Source: Bugula neritina
Lineage: Eukaryota > Animalia > Bryozoa
Direction: 5' to 3'
Assembly: GCA_964035545.1 (NCBI GenBank)
Contig: OZ037765.1
Span: forward strand, 14,270,698-14,334,697
Length of the DNA: 64,000 nt
Positions within the stretch are counted from its first letter, which is position 1, and every line of letters begins with the position of its first letter. Positions 47,033 to 59,572 of the stretch are shown here, piece by piece. The notes under the pieces are model-generated. The model saw nothing but the letters and a program-made list of their open reading frames with translations, had not been told where the DNA came from and made no database searches. The position numbers and the translations under genes were made by a program.

Positions 47033-48744
47033 TAGACCCTTTGCACCAGTCCCTCTAGGGGCATTTGTATTTTGAAGTTGTCTCCCTCACCGGTTCAAGG
47101 GGTAGTCTCCAGGATATATAGAAGGCACATAAAATAAGTAGAAAATTAATGTTTGTGTGAAGACTGTTGCCATCACGAGTTTCATTTTTTCTGATGTAAA
47201 TATTTTGGCACAAGCACACATAGCAGTTTCTGAAACTCTTTAAAAAATCTTTCTTGATAAATTTGAAAAAAAAAATTAACTTCAGAGCATTTTGTGGTTT
47301 TGGTTATTGAGCAATGCTGAAACTGGAAGCTGTCATATAAATCCCACCAATCATTTGTTTTGCTAGCTGTCACCACTCTGTTTTGAGCTGTTCACCTTTC
47401 AAATCTTAGAATAATAACATGCTCGATGTATACAATACCGCCCTGGTTTTTGATTAACTACAATAGCCAGCTGTCTTGCTAAAATCTAAGTGATTCAAAT
47501 GGTGGGCTGGAACATATATATGCTTGTAGCTTATGAAGGCACTGGCTCATCTGTATTAACATGTACACATATTTACAAACTTATACTATGACAATAACCA
47601 GGCTATCCTACTATCTATATACTATAATATTTTTACCCAAAAAAATCAGAAATATATGTATTAAAATAACTTAAATTTGAAATATCAAATGATATCTGGT
47701 CTAAAAAAAATGTCAAACACAGTAGGTTTATGCTTTAAAAGCATTTGTTTACATGGGATGCCTGCAAGTCAATGAAAATATTTAGAGAACAGTGAAAAGA
47801 AGCATATAAATTTCGGAATAGTAAATAATTTGCTAACAGTCTCGTCTATATTAGTATGTTCAAATAATTATACTTCAAAGAGTTTGTGCTACAATATTTT
47901 AAATGATCATGAATGCTTTACATAGTCTCATGCTGTGGCTAAAAATTACTATCTTCAAAAAGAAAATATTACCAAGAAAGGCAAAGCCTAGCTTATGCAA
48001 AATTTTATTTAATATAAGTTATGTCGGTTAGATGGGCATATTTTTTCATCTAATATAATTTTAAAATATTTTATCGGACCTCTATATTTTACAACAAGTC
48101 CAATAGCTTTTGATGAAAAATTTAATTATGATACCATTAAACTTTATGCCAACGTATGCAGTTGCATTCTATGAGAACTTTTGCAGTGTTTGTGTTAGAA
48201 CGAACTGTATTTCAGTCTGAAAGTATGCAGCTGCAAAGCTTGATTACCTTAAGTGAAAATTTATTTTGTATCCAGCATGTTCTGAGTAGAACTGTTGCTG
48301 TATATTTGAAGGAGATTCGACACCAGTCATTGATTTACTCCATGGTCTTCTATGTGAAGAAAATTGCTAAATAATTATCTGTTCACTTACTACAGCTACC
48401 CATACTTCCTTTGTTACTATGATTAGCTTAGCATTTATATCACAGCTGCCAGCTTCAGCATTGCTTAATAGCCAAAACCCTAAAAATGCTTTGAAGTTTA
48501 TTTTTTTCAAATTTATCAAGATATATTTTTTTTAAAAATTCCGAAACTGCTAATATGGGTGCTTGTGTGACAATATTTATCTCAGAGAAAATGAAACTTG
48601 TGATAGGCAATAGTCTTCACACAATCCTCAAATCTCTACTGATTTTATATGCTTTCTTTCCATCTTGAAGACTTCCTCTTGTACCAGGAGGAGACAATTT
48701 CAAATTATAAATGCCCCCAAATGGACATAAGAAAAAAGGATCTA
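47033..48744. mobile_element. Old non-autonomous DNA transposon, about 1.7 kb, with diverged terminal inverted repeats of about 300 bp
   Basis: About 47058-47342 is the reverse complement (roughly 75% by eye) of about 48433-48718, e.g. tgtgtgaagactgttgcc / ggcaatagtcttcacaca and tcttgataaatttgaaaaaa / ttttttcaaatttatcaaga. No transposase ORF and no clear TSD. Confidence 0.75.
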
Positions 48745-49070
48745 TTCTGCATGAGGGCCCCAAAGAAAGTAAAATACTGGCTTATACTAGTTCGAGCCGG
48801 CCCATACAATAATATGCAGATACTATACTGAAGCCAAAGATACTATACATTAGCCAAAGACATTGAGTCTCCAGAAATGATACAGGACAGGGCTGTTAGG
48901 TTTATTGCTAGACTAAGGTGTAGGGAGTATCACTGAAGCATGTTCTCAGATTGGTCTCCAGTCTCTCACACAGAGGCATAAGAACTTCTTATGAAAATTT
49001 TGCAGGAAGAACAAAACTCAACATTTGCATTAGTATATGATGAAGTCAAGAGACCTCCCAAACATGTTAA
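48745..49070 (+). mobile_element. Decayed LINE (CR1/L2-like) reverse-transcriptase C-terminal fragment
   Basis: Frameshift-tolerant reading gives APKKVK-LAYTSSSRPIQ*YADTI...DIESPEMIQDRAVRFIARLR...ITEACSQIGLQSLTQR. This resembles the recalled CR1/L2 pattern LAY.SL.RP.LEYA...LE.VQ.RA.RFI...LGL.SL..RR. Confidence 0.6.
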
Positions 49071-50829
49071 TAATCACTAGGCCTGATGCTCACGGCTACC
49101 TAACATCTGTATACGCAACTTAACTAGTATATCATGGTAGTTTCTCACCAAGAACCAATGAAGACACCAAATGGAGCATAAAAATAGATTGAAAAATTGA
49201 TACAACATCCAGTGATCCAATTATTCTTAACATGTAGCCAAACAAATTTCACACTGTCAAGTGTAAACCAAATGACTATAAGGCACCCCTAATCCTATAA
49301 CCATAACATTAGGTGTTTCTGAGTCTTTGATATCTCCAAAGGTATTCATAAATATGTTAATAGTGATACTGATAGTCTAAGTCATACTGTTATAGTCATG
49401 GTGTAACTGTAACTGCTAGCGCAGTACTAGCCAACTCATTAGACTTAGAGTTACACTCCGATTTAAACGTAGAGTTAGGTATTGTTGAGTTCACTCATTA
49501 GTCTTAAACTTAGTAATACTAGCACTACTAGTATTATTCTCATTGATGATTCAGATAGACATGAGTGACTAGAAGTCGATGATTAGATTTATTCCTTAAC
49601 TATTAGTATTACATTTACTATAACTACAAGTATAAATATAACTGCAGGCTAAAAGTCTTAACAGTAAGTATAACTGACTAACTCTAAGATTAAGAAATCT
49701 TAGAAAAACAGAGAATCATTCTCATAATGACGGTGTCATCCCAGACAGACGCTTCCCAGTTAGACACTATTTATTTATTTTCGTGCAACATAATTATACA
49801 TACTTTATGTGCAATTTATTTGCATATTATTGAAACATATGTATATTTTAATAAATTTGGATTAATTATTTGCTATTTAGCACATAAACAAACTATGTTG
49901 CATTAACTTATTAATTTTGAACTTTATATACTTATTGTTATTTGAAAAAATAATATTTCAATAAGTATTTATTAAAGAAAATGTATATTATAGTTATAGT
50001 TATACTATAAGTATAACTATAATTTATTAATTATGAGACTGAGTATCACATTCACTATGACTATTAGTATTAGTATAAGTATTACTATTAGTATCACTCT
50101 GACTCTATCAGTATGAGAATCACCACCACAATGGGAATGAGATTGACCGCAGCCACACTCAGTCTCACACTGACAGTAAGTGTAATACGCCATAATCTGA
50201 ATCATAATCTTAAACTTAAAGTTACAGATATAAGATAATCATAATGATTATCATTATGATTATGATATTGATTATCATTATCATTATGATATTCAATTTC
50301 ATATTCATATATTTATAGATAAGCTCTTAGTCTTTTAGTTTGAGTTTTACTACCAATCACTACGGATATTATAGTTTGCAGTATTTTAATCAAAGTTTAA
50401 TTTAAAAGTTGCATTAAGTAGCTGCACAAATCAACTCGAGTAAATCAGAATTTTTTACATTGGTTACCACACGTCTATGTTTCAATTTGGTAGCATCCAT
50501 TTTTAGTCTTAATAAAAACTTTAGACTATAAAATTAATAACCGCATAAGTTGGCTTTAGCTAGAGAAAATAAAAACATTATAAATTAATTTCACGTTTTA
50601 TTGATATTATTTTATTTATGTTCTTGAAAAATCAATTATTGTTGTTTTAATTTGTTTATAAAGGCTATAATATCACAATGCATTAAAGTTTGGTGAAGAA
50701 GAGTTATCTTCTATCAAAAACATGAGGCAGGCAACCATTGAACTATAACTATATTATTATAGTTTCAGTTCAGTGCAGGCAACGGAATCAGAGAAATAAT
50801 AGAGTTATCTTCTTAAATGATATTTTTTA

Positions 50830-51880
50830 CACTGGTACTCGGCCTACATCCGATTAGGAGGGGATTCCCTGAACCGGTATAGCGGCTAAAATTTGAACGA
50901 AAATGCTCCATAGGCAGCTTCTAGTTGGGGGTGATTGAGTGAAGTAGTTTGGAACTCCGAGTTTGAAGGTGGGGGTTTCAACTCCAAATCGAGAACTCCG
51001 AACTACTGCACTCAATAATTCCCAATTTGGAGCTGCGTCTAACAATTTATTAAAAGCGTCGGAGCCATCGTTGTCTAAACTCCAAACCTCTAAACTCTTC
51101 TCGATATCCCAACCATTACACATAGTTACCACCAACTTTGTGCAGCGTCGAGCGATTTTATTAAAGCTATAGTAAGTAGAACAAGACTTGCTACATTTAT
51201 TTAGTTTTACCTTTGGCTTTACTTTGCCTTGCCATTTGGCATTTACTGATTTAGTTTTACTTTTACTTTTAGTTTTAGTTTTACAAGGCTGAGGCACCCT
51301 ATCCTATGGCCCTACCTACTTTGACTTTCACTTTGGCTTTAGCTTTTAAAATAATAAAGAACTAGTCGTAATGCTAATACTAATAGAGCTCCTTTACTCT
51401 TATTAGTATTTTATTTTTTACTAATAAAGTTAATCTCCAATTATCATTCTGTGTTGAAATAAAGCTAAAAGTAAAGACCAATGAAATTGAATGAATGAAT
51501 ATCATTATCGTTATGATTGTGATACTTAAAGTTAATCTTATATTAATACTTACGCCTACGCCCTACGGGCTATAGTTGATAGTTATACTTACGTTTACTG
51601 ACTTAGTGTTATAGTTATACTAAGCTGTTCAGTTGATTTTTACACAATGTGTATTAAAATTAATTCATTTTCAATTTTGCCAATGTGTGATTTTAGTTGA
51701 AACGCCTGTGTTAATGTTGAAGAACAGTTAAGGAGACTTACCAATATGGATGGTGCCGGAAACACGAGCCGGTCAGTAATATTCAGTTATCAGTTGCAGT
51801 TGGTGAGATGATGGTGATTATCATACACATTCTTACCTGCAGCAGTAAACCATGACCTGCTCATAATTAAGTGGTTTAAA
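50830..51880. promoter_or_regulatory. CpG-enriched candidate promoter / non-coding first-exon region between the divergent DOT1L and PTH2-type genes
   Basis: About 16 CpG in 50830-51170 against a sparse background. Minus-strand donors at about 51740 (G|gtaagt), 51837 (CAG|gtaaga) and 50847 (gtaggc), and a minus-strand acceptor at about 51167. A plus-strand gtaagt lies at 51171. The TSS cannot be determined. Confidence 0.45.
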
Positions 51881-54800
51881 AGTCTGAATTACTGACTATT
51901 GAAAAATAAATTAAGTTAGCCTGCTTTTTCGATTAGGAATAAAAACGTTACTGCTAATTGAATAATTGAAATGTTCTAACTTTCCAAACTCTATTAACTT
52001 GGGTTATAGTTTACTATGCTCCAGTTATCGGATAAGCTGTGAAATATTATATTCTTAGTCGTATGTGTAGTATTATGATGTCTATAAATTATCATTATGG
52101 CAATCTACTTGTCACTCAAAACCGACAAATGATATTCAGCTTTTAATTTTTGCTATGTTGATAATTAATAAGCTCAAAGAAAAACAACTATTACCTGATT
52201 AACATTATATAAACACCAAAATATTTGTAGAATATATTGCAGCTAAAAAATAGGATTTTAATGGCATTTGCAAACTATGAAAATTATTTACTCTATGATA
52301 ACAAATTAATAGAATTTGCAGCTACAGCCTTTATAACATAGTAATTAGTTACATTATTGCACAGAGCGCAATAAGCTCCACCAACATAAGCATTTCGCAA
52401 GTTTTACAAACAACAGGAACCAAGAATGGAAGGTTTTTTTATCTCTGAATGTCTTATCAATAATAGATTTTGTCCACTGCATGCCAGATTTCAATTTCAT
52501 AATTGAGTGAGCTGGGCTAACATTTCGATTTAACACCTGTATTAACAGAGAACATAGTAAAATTAACTTGGTTAGAAAAGGAATTTTAACATGGTGTTTA
52601 GGTTGTAACAGGGTGATTAAGCATATTTGTAGCTGAGGATGTGCTGCTTTGACCCGTTCATGCTCAGCATCCACATATGTGGGCAATGTGCAACTATTAG
52701 TGCATTTCATTGTTGAATAAAAAGCAGCTTTTTTCAATTTTAGAGTGTGTTTTTGCAATTTTCAGCCCTAATACTGAGCTATAATATGTTATGCTTTTGT
52801 TGCAAAAGTTGAAAATGCCTCTAAGTTTTTGTTAATATAAAAAATATAATATTCATCAATATAAAAAATAACTTGGCTTCTAAAGCAAATTTGCAACCAG
52901 TTTTCTCAAAATAACTAAAAAGTGTCAAGGAAAGCTAGTTATAAATTTACCAGAACACCTAATTACTCTTCAATCACCATATCATGGGTAAAAAACAGAA
53001 GTTTGTGGTTTTCATTTGAACTGTCACTATCCTAGCTAGCTCTAAAAGATATGTAAAGAAAGAAAACTAGATATAAGTGCCTGATTGGTAGAACATCAGT
53101 AACTATACCATTTTAAAACTGTTCTGAAAATAATCACAACAATCATCAAACTCAGATAGGAATAAATAGCATATATAAAATCTAAATATTGTACAAGAAA
53201 CTGTTATAATTTCACGTTGCCTACTAATTCTTGCCTAACCAGTAATACAAGTGATATATATACTATCTGAACTCATTAAAAGAATGTTACAAACTAAATG
53301 GAGAAGTAAAAGACTATTTACGTACCAACTCTTAGCAGAATAACAATTGTGTCCACGTATGTGGGCAATAACATGACTCGATAATTGCATTGGCGTCCAT
53401 GTATGTGGACACTAGTTTTTTCCACATGTATTGGAAAAAACTAAAAAAAAGTTTCAAATGTACGTTTAGAGACAGGAAATCAATTATGTTAAAAAAAATT
53501 GCATTTAAAAACTAATTCATGCATTTTCAAATAGATAATATAGAAGCCTCTCATTTTAGTATAAAATGTTATAACTAAATATATTTAAAATTGAACAGAT
53601 TATCTCAACACTAATATATTTTAGTCAATACTATGGCCATCCTTGGAATAATAAGTTATATAATTTTACTTTCTGTGTGCCTGTTCAATTTCAGACCTTA
53701 AAGCAGGGCTGCCTAATTAAATTTATGTAGTATCAATTGGCAGAAATATTTAAACGTCAATTAAAATGCAAATTTGGAGTTGTTGGCTTATGAAAATTGA
53801 TTGTAAGAATTAGATTTTGCAAAGTTAAATTTTCTAGCAGCTCTATACTTTTACCTGACTAAATTTGCCAAAAACTTTCACTTTTAACATATTTTGTCTG
53901 TTATCTTCTCCGGCAGACCACTGAGCTTGTGAATTAATTGAAGAGGCATTCACAAAGTGTATTGTGAAATCAATGTGCATAAGTATACAGCTTTGTAGTT
54001 GGGTATATGTGACCTGGCACCACAAAACAGGGGATGTGTATAAAATTTTGAAAACTTAGTTATTACTATAGAGTAGACTTTTTCAAACATTTTGCATCTC
54101 ATTGAAGTCTCTAGCACAAATAGAACTTGAGATATCAGTATTTTAAAACTTTAGCATTTTCAGAATTTCCATTTTACTGTTACAAAAAAATCGCGTTTAA
54201 AGTTGGCAACTCTAGAATAAGTTGAGAATTATTTGTTTACAATTTACAAGCCTTAGCAACAGGCCTTTGTATAATAGGAATAGTGACAAATTCGGTATCA
54301 AAATAATAGTGAAAATTTAGGCTTTCTGGTGAACTAAATTTCATGCTGACTAAACTGAAAATCAGGTCAAATATGGCCGCCAACTTTCTTGTCTAATTTA
54401 TTTGTCAAATTGCTTTTTATTTTGTTTATTGGTTGAAAAATTTAACAATTCCAGCAAAAAAGAAGATGTTCCAGCAAGTTCGTGTGTTGAGATATTTAAA
54501 TTAGGCATCCAAATAAGCAGGAAGTCATATAAAACAAAATGGCAGCTGTTTCCTGTTATACGCTGAATCTCTTCCTCTCCTCTAATATATTGTGTAATGT
54601 GTCAAACTGCAGCTATTGAGCTGTGCTGTTTCATAGTTATTGCTTAATGAGTAGAACACTTATGAGAACATTATTTGGCTATTATGAGATCATGCAAGAT
54701 TCATCGACGGCAACTAAATTTAGCAATTGATTTGGCTGAGATGTTAAAAATATAAACAGAAAATTAGCTATTAGAACTTTTGAGTTTTGTTTAGGCAATA

Positions 54801-57547
54801 ATATTCACATTTAAAACATCAAATATATTATTTTAAAAAACTAATTAAATGCAGTAAAAAATCCAGCTTGGGCACAACCATTATGCTTGAATTAATTCTG
54901 ATCAAGATAAGAAAATTAAGTAGCTTCTATGGTCTTTGCAAAAAAGGCACTTTTCATCTTTCTACTTCTTTGTTCTTCATAATATGAGTTTATGGAGTAT
55001 AGACACATAACATCATGTGAGTGGCAAAAGCTTCATCGCTATCAACTGATTTTCCAGCAATTATAGATGCTGCTACTTGACATCCACCTTGCCAATCTAT
55101 CCACTTACTGTCTATTCCAGAGCTGGAAGTATTATGTTGAATTTTTTAAATTATTAGAAATTATACCCAGTTATATTATAAAAGTTTAGTTGGTTATACA
55201 CTCTTGTGGTACTATTATGGCAGCAGTTAATTGTGATTTTGCATTTTACCAACATTTAAATTTCTTGAATTAAACGAAACAATTTAAATAAGAGAATTCC
55301 TGAAAATTTTCAAGCACATCATCAAAAGTCTGCAAACCTTTTTATGAATGAAATAAGCAAAAGCCATAACCTCGCAAGCCAAAATTTAGAGTGTCTACAT
55401 TAGAAGTATTAGATTGATAGGTAGTAGAGTTGTGTAGGTATAAGTCTTCACTCAGATGCCCTTACAAGTCCACTTTCTAAAATGTACAGAATATCGGATT
55501 ATTCAATATTAACATATTATGAGTAAAATTACATATTATAGACTTGATTAGCTAGCATATCTGCAATTGGCAATTTTGAAGCAATGTCTTTCGATAACCA
55601 TTAACCACTCAAGCATTTATTTGAGCAAAAAGAAGCTAGCTAAGTGCAACTGAATCTATTGAAGACAGTTACTATAAAATCAATTTGAATTCAATTAATT
55701 ACTGTAAAATATGAATGAATTTTTGCTCATTTATTATAATATAATTAAAAAGTTTAGACTATGCATTCAGTTAGTGTTACTACTCACTAAATAAAACTAG
55801 AGGTATTTTACTGAAAAACTAAGTCAGTCAACTATAGAATCATTAACTTGCATTAATATTTCATCATTATACTCATTTACATTTAATCACATTTACCATT
55901 TCAATTTGGTTATAGGTGATGCTTTTATCAATCTGAATAGGATTATCAATTGAGCTTTGACAGTAACTGTAAGCCTGCATAATGTGACAATGATTTCATC
56001 ATTATATTTTAAATCAAACTTTGAGCTAATTTAAAAATAACAAAAGGAAACGGTAGCTTGATTATATTAAAATATATTTAAAAATATTTGGTTAAAATGA
56101 TATTTATTTCTAAAAATCTTCAAGTCTATCAACTTTGTTGTAATACTAATAGTATTAGTAGTCAACTATCAGTAAGTCTAATACTAATAATAATAGTAAT
56201 CAGTAACTGTAATGACAAAATCTAAGAGTTACTAAGAGTAAGTCTAATGTAAATTAAAATATCAACAATAGAATAGATCAATAATACTATCAGTATCAAG
56301 TTTTAGGCAAAACTCAGACTCCAATAGTGAATTTATAATTATTAATTACTTATACTATTAATATTAGTGAGCTACATTTAGTTTTTCTACCAAGTACCAC
56401 TACCAGTATCAGTAAATCATGAATGATATTCATTATGATCATCATTATGAGTAACCATACCTCAAACTGTGAGTCATAGTGAGAGCATAATTGTAAATAT
56501 AAATAAATGGATAACTACAAATAATCCTGGCAACAATTTTAAGTTGGTAGAGTAAATTATTGTTTTGAGTATAATTGCCTGTCTTGTTGTGATTTTCAAG
56601 CTTGAACCCTAAAGATGAAGATTAAGTTCAGCATTTATCACCAAAGGGCAAAACAGCTCGGTAACTAATTACATTAAAAGCTAACTTTGCATTTAGCATG
56701 ATGAAAAACTAAAACTAGCCTTCTGTTTTAAATATGATACTTCTGACAATACGAAGAAAGAGGTGTAAGCTAAATTAATTTGATAAAAACTAAATTTGCA
56801 AGATTTCACCCTATAAAAGAGGACTAAAATTGTCTTATTTCTTTATTTGATAACTTCGTAATTTTTTCATCATTTAAAAGATTGAATGCCTTAGTTACCA
56901 ACTTGAAATGCAATTTTAGAGCTGATGGAATCATTAAATGCTTGCGAAAGTATGATTTTTGAAATCCTTGGGTTTTTTTGTATTAGAAAAGTTTAAAATC
57001 AAAAAATTGGAAATTTACTTCAAATTTCAGTATTTCCAAATTAAATCTTTATTTACTACACTTTATAAACGCTGCCACATCCCTGGTTTTGTCGCGACTG
57101 CTCCCATATTTTTTAATTGGAATGTTTCAGCAGATTTTTATGCTATGTGAATAGGATATTCTGCTTTACATAGGTTAAAATTAATATTTAATAGATGTGT
57201 GACTGTATTGAGTGCATCCACTGTAGAATGTAGATTCTATGAAATGATGACCATCCAGGTTTACGTCTCGACTGCCGATGTACAAATTTACTGCAATGTA
57301 CATATAATAGTATGTTAATTCTAGAATTTGGGGTTGTCTCCACTTTTTTTCATTGGTTTGAGAATTTTTCTGTTCAGTTTTAATAGCATAGATATTGACA
57401 GGGGGTGATGGATTGGTACTGATTCGATGGACTCAATGTACTCCAACAAGTTTTATTAAAAGTATGAGTTTTCGTATTTTTCAATCCAGTTCTGTAATTG
57501 CATGATCTGGATATGCTACTAAAACTGTTTGAATTGGCCTTAGGTTG

Positions 57548-59572
57548 ATGGAGGAGGATCCCCCGCCCCCACCTGAAGACTATTCACACGACTTCAACCC
57601 AGACTACGAAATTGTAGCTGATATTTCGTCCTGTCTTCAAGTGAATCCGAAGTGGGTGGTTCAAGCTTGCTACCGCACTCAGAAGCAGTTCACCAACATT
57701 GAGCAAACCAGAGAAGAAATATTTGCTTATGTTCTGGAAAATCACCCCCGAGTAATCTCTACCGTTTTGAACATGTTTTATTAATGATGACACACTTGAA
57801 ATAACTCAAGTGATATAGAAATGGGACACTGTATCAATGCCATGCAACATATTGGCTCTGTAGACTATATACAATACATACTATTGTTTGTAGTTTGTTG
57901 AATTGGCACCCCCTATAGAAGATACTCTTGCAGAAGCTGCTGATGGTGAAACAAATGAATTAAAAATGGTTTTGGTTATTAACAATGGTGAGACTATGAT
58001 GGGTTGTTAATTGTATCATAAAAATTCAGTTTTAATGAAAAAAAACTAATATATATTTAATGTATGCAAATTTGTGTTGTATTGGATAGAAATAAATATG
58101 GGTGCTGGTAAGATGGCCGCTCAAGTTGCCCATGCTGCTGTGGATCTGTACGCCATTTTGATTAGCAACAAGGAATGGATTGGACTTGTTCAAAAATGGA
58201 AAGAGGAAGGGTTTGTACTTTTAATATACTTTCTTGAAACAATGACAGTTGTTAGACTTATCAAAGCACAATGGCCTTTAATAATGTGTGTAATTACAGT
58301 ATGTAGTCCTGGTAACTACATGTCAAAGTGTCTCATAATTGACTTAAACAAATAGAAGTTTTGAATTATCTATTATTGTGCGATTACTTTTTTGTGTGTT
58401 CTTTTTCAAAGTTGCCACAAAATAAATCATTTGTAAAACTGTCAATGTAAAGAGATTACTAATCTGTTAATTACTCATTTTTCAATGCTTAATAATGTTT
58501 ATATTGACAATAGCTTTGGTATAACAATAGGCAGTTGCAAAAATATTGCCTTCAGCATGGAATTATGAACTGCTTGATTTCAATATTTGCTAAGAATTGC
58601 TATAAAATCTAAATCTTGGAGTCGAGTCAGTGTCGTATTGTCCATTCAGCTTGATTGTTGCAAAGTAACTGTCATGCATTAAAGTTTTGGGTTGACAACT
58701 CCTAATGTATTATCCACATATTTATACTTCTCAGTCATCACCCATTGTTACTTGTAGTGCGAAAAAGGTTGTAGTGGCATGTAAAGATACAGAGCATCTG
58801 TTTGATCTTAAAGATGATGCAATCAATGCTGGACTAAAATGCGCTTACATCACAGATGCTGGGCTTACACAGGTAAAAATGTGCTGAAATATAGTAGAAT
58901 AAATCTTATTATTCACATTGGGCAGTACAATATTTTCTTATGATGTAATAAATGAATGCTCATCTTAATTAAAAGTTGATCTGTGAGTAAAGTTCTCATC
59001 ATATAACAATCACTTCAGCTACTTTCATTTCACCTTGAGAATGACTTTTGTACATAGAATTTGTATTTACAAAATGTACTTTGTGCTTTGATTTGCTGCA
59101 CATTGGGATAAACTAGAACCCAAAGAAATGTTACTGAGAATGCAACTATTGCTCACTGCTAATTAGCTTTTGAAAATCTGCTAATGTGATTAAATCTGAG
59201 GCCAGTAATTGCCTATTATGCAATGTTTGGAAGTGGCTCTAATGATCAAAAAACCACATTAAGAAAAAAACGTCTATTTGTATTTAATCTAAGTGTCGCT
59301 CTGCAGCCAATAAGGTTTTAGTTTTGCAGCTCTGTTCCAACTTTGATGCATTGGTTTAGTAAGTAATTTGTCTTGTGGTGAGAAACTATCAATCTATTAA
59401 GTGTTTCTCTTTGATTTTTTTCCTACAAATTTATGTCCTTCTTTGCCATTTTGAATCATTGGTTTCTGTTGCTCCTATGTTGCAGGTCCCCAGTGCCTCA
59501 GTCACCTGTCTGGCTGTTTTTGGGCTCTCAAGTAATGTCAACAAAGTAACTGGCACCCTCAAGTTGGTATAA
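57548..59572 (+). CDS. PTH2-family peptidyl-tRNA hydrolase with an N-terminal UBA-like segment (about 206 aa, 5 coding exons)
   Basis: Exons 57548-57751, 57894-57987, 58090-58210, 58758-58872, 59486-59572 (TAA). PTH2 motifs: KMVLVINNEINMGAGKMAAQVAHA, W.EEGAKKVVV, ITDAGLTQVP...VTCLAVFG, VNKVTGTLKL. There is no N-terminal transmembrane helix, so orthology to mitochondrial PTRH2 is not claimed. Confidence 0.9.

Noticed and set aside
52354-52758. 134-aa minus-strand ORF
   Set aside because: Non-ATG start, no recognisable homology, and it overlaps probable repeat-derived sequence.
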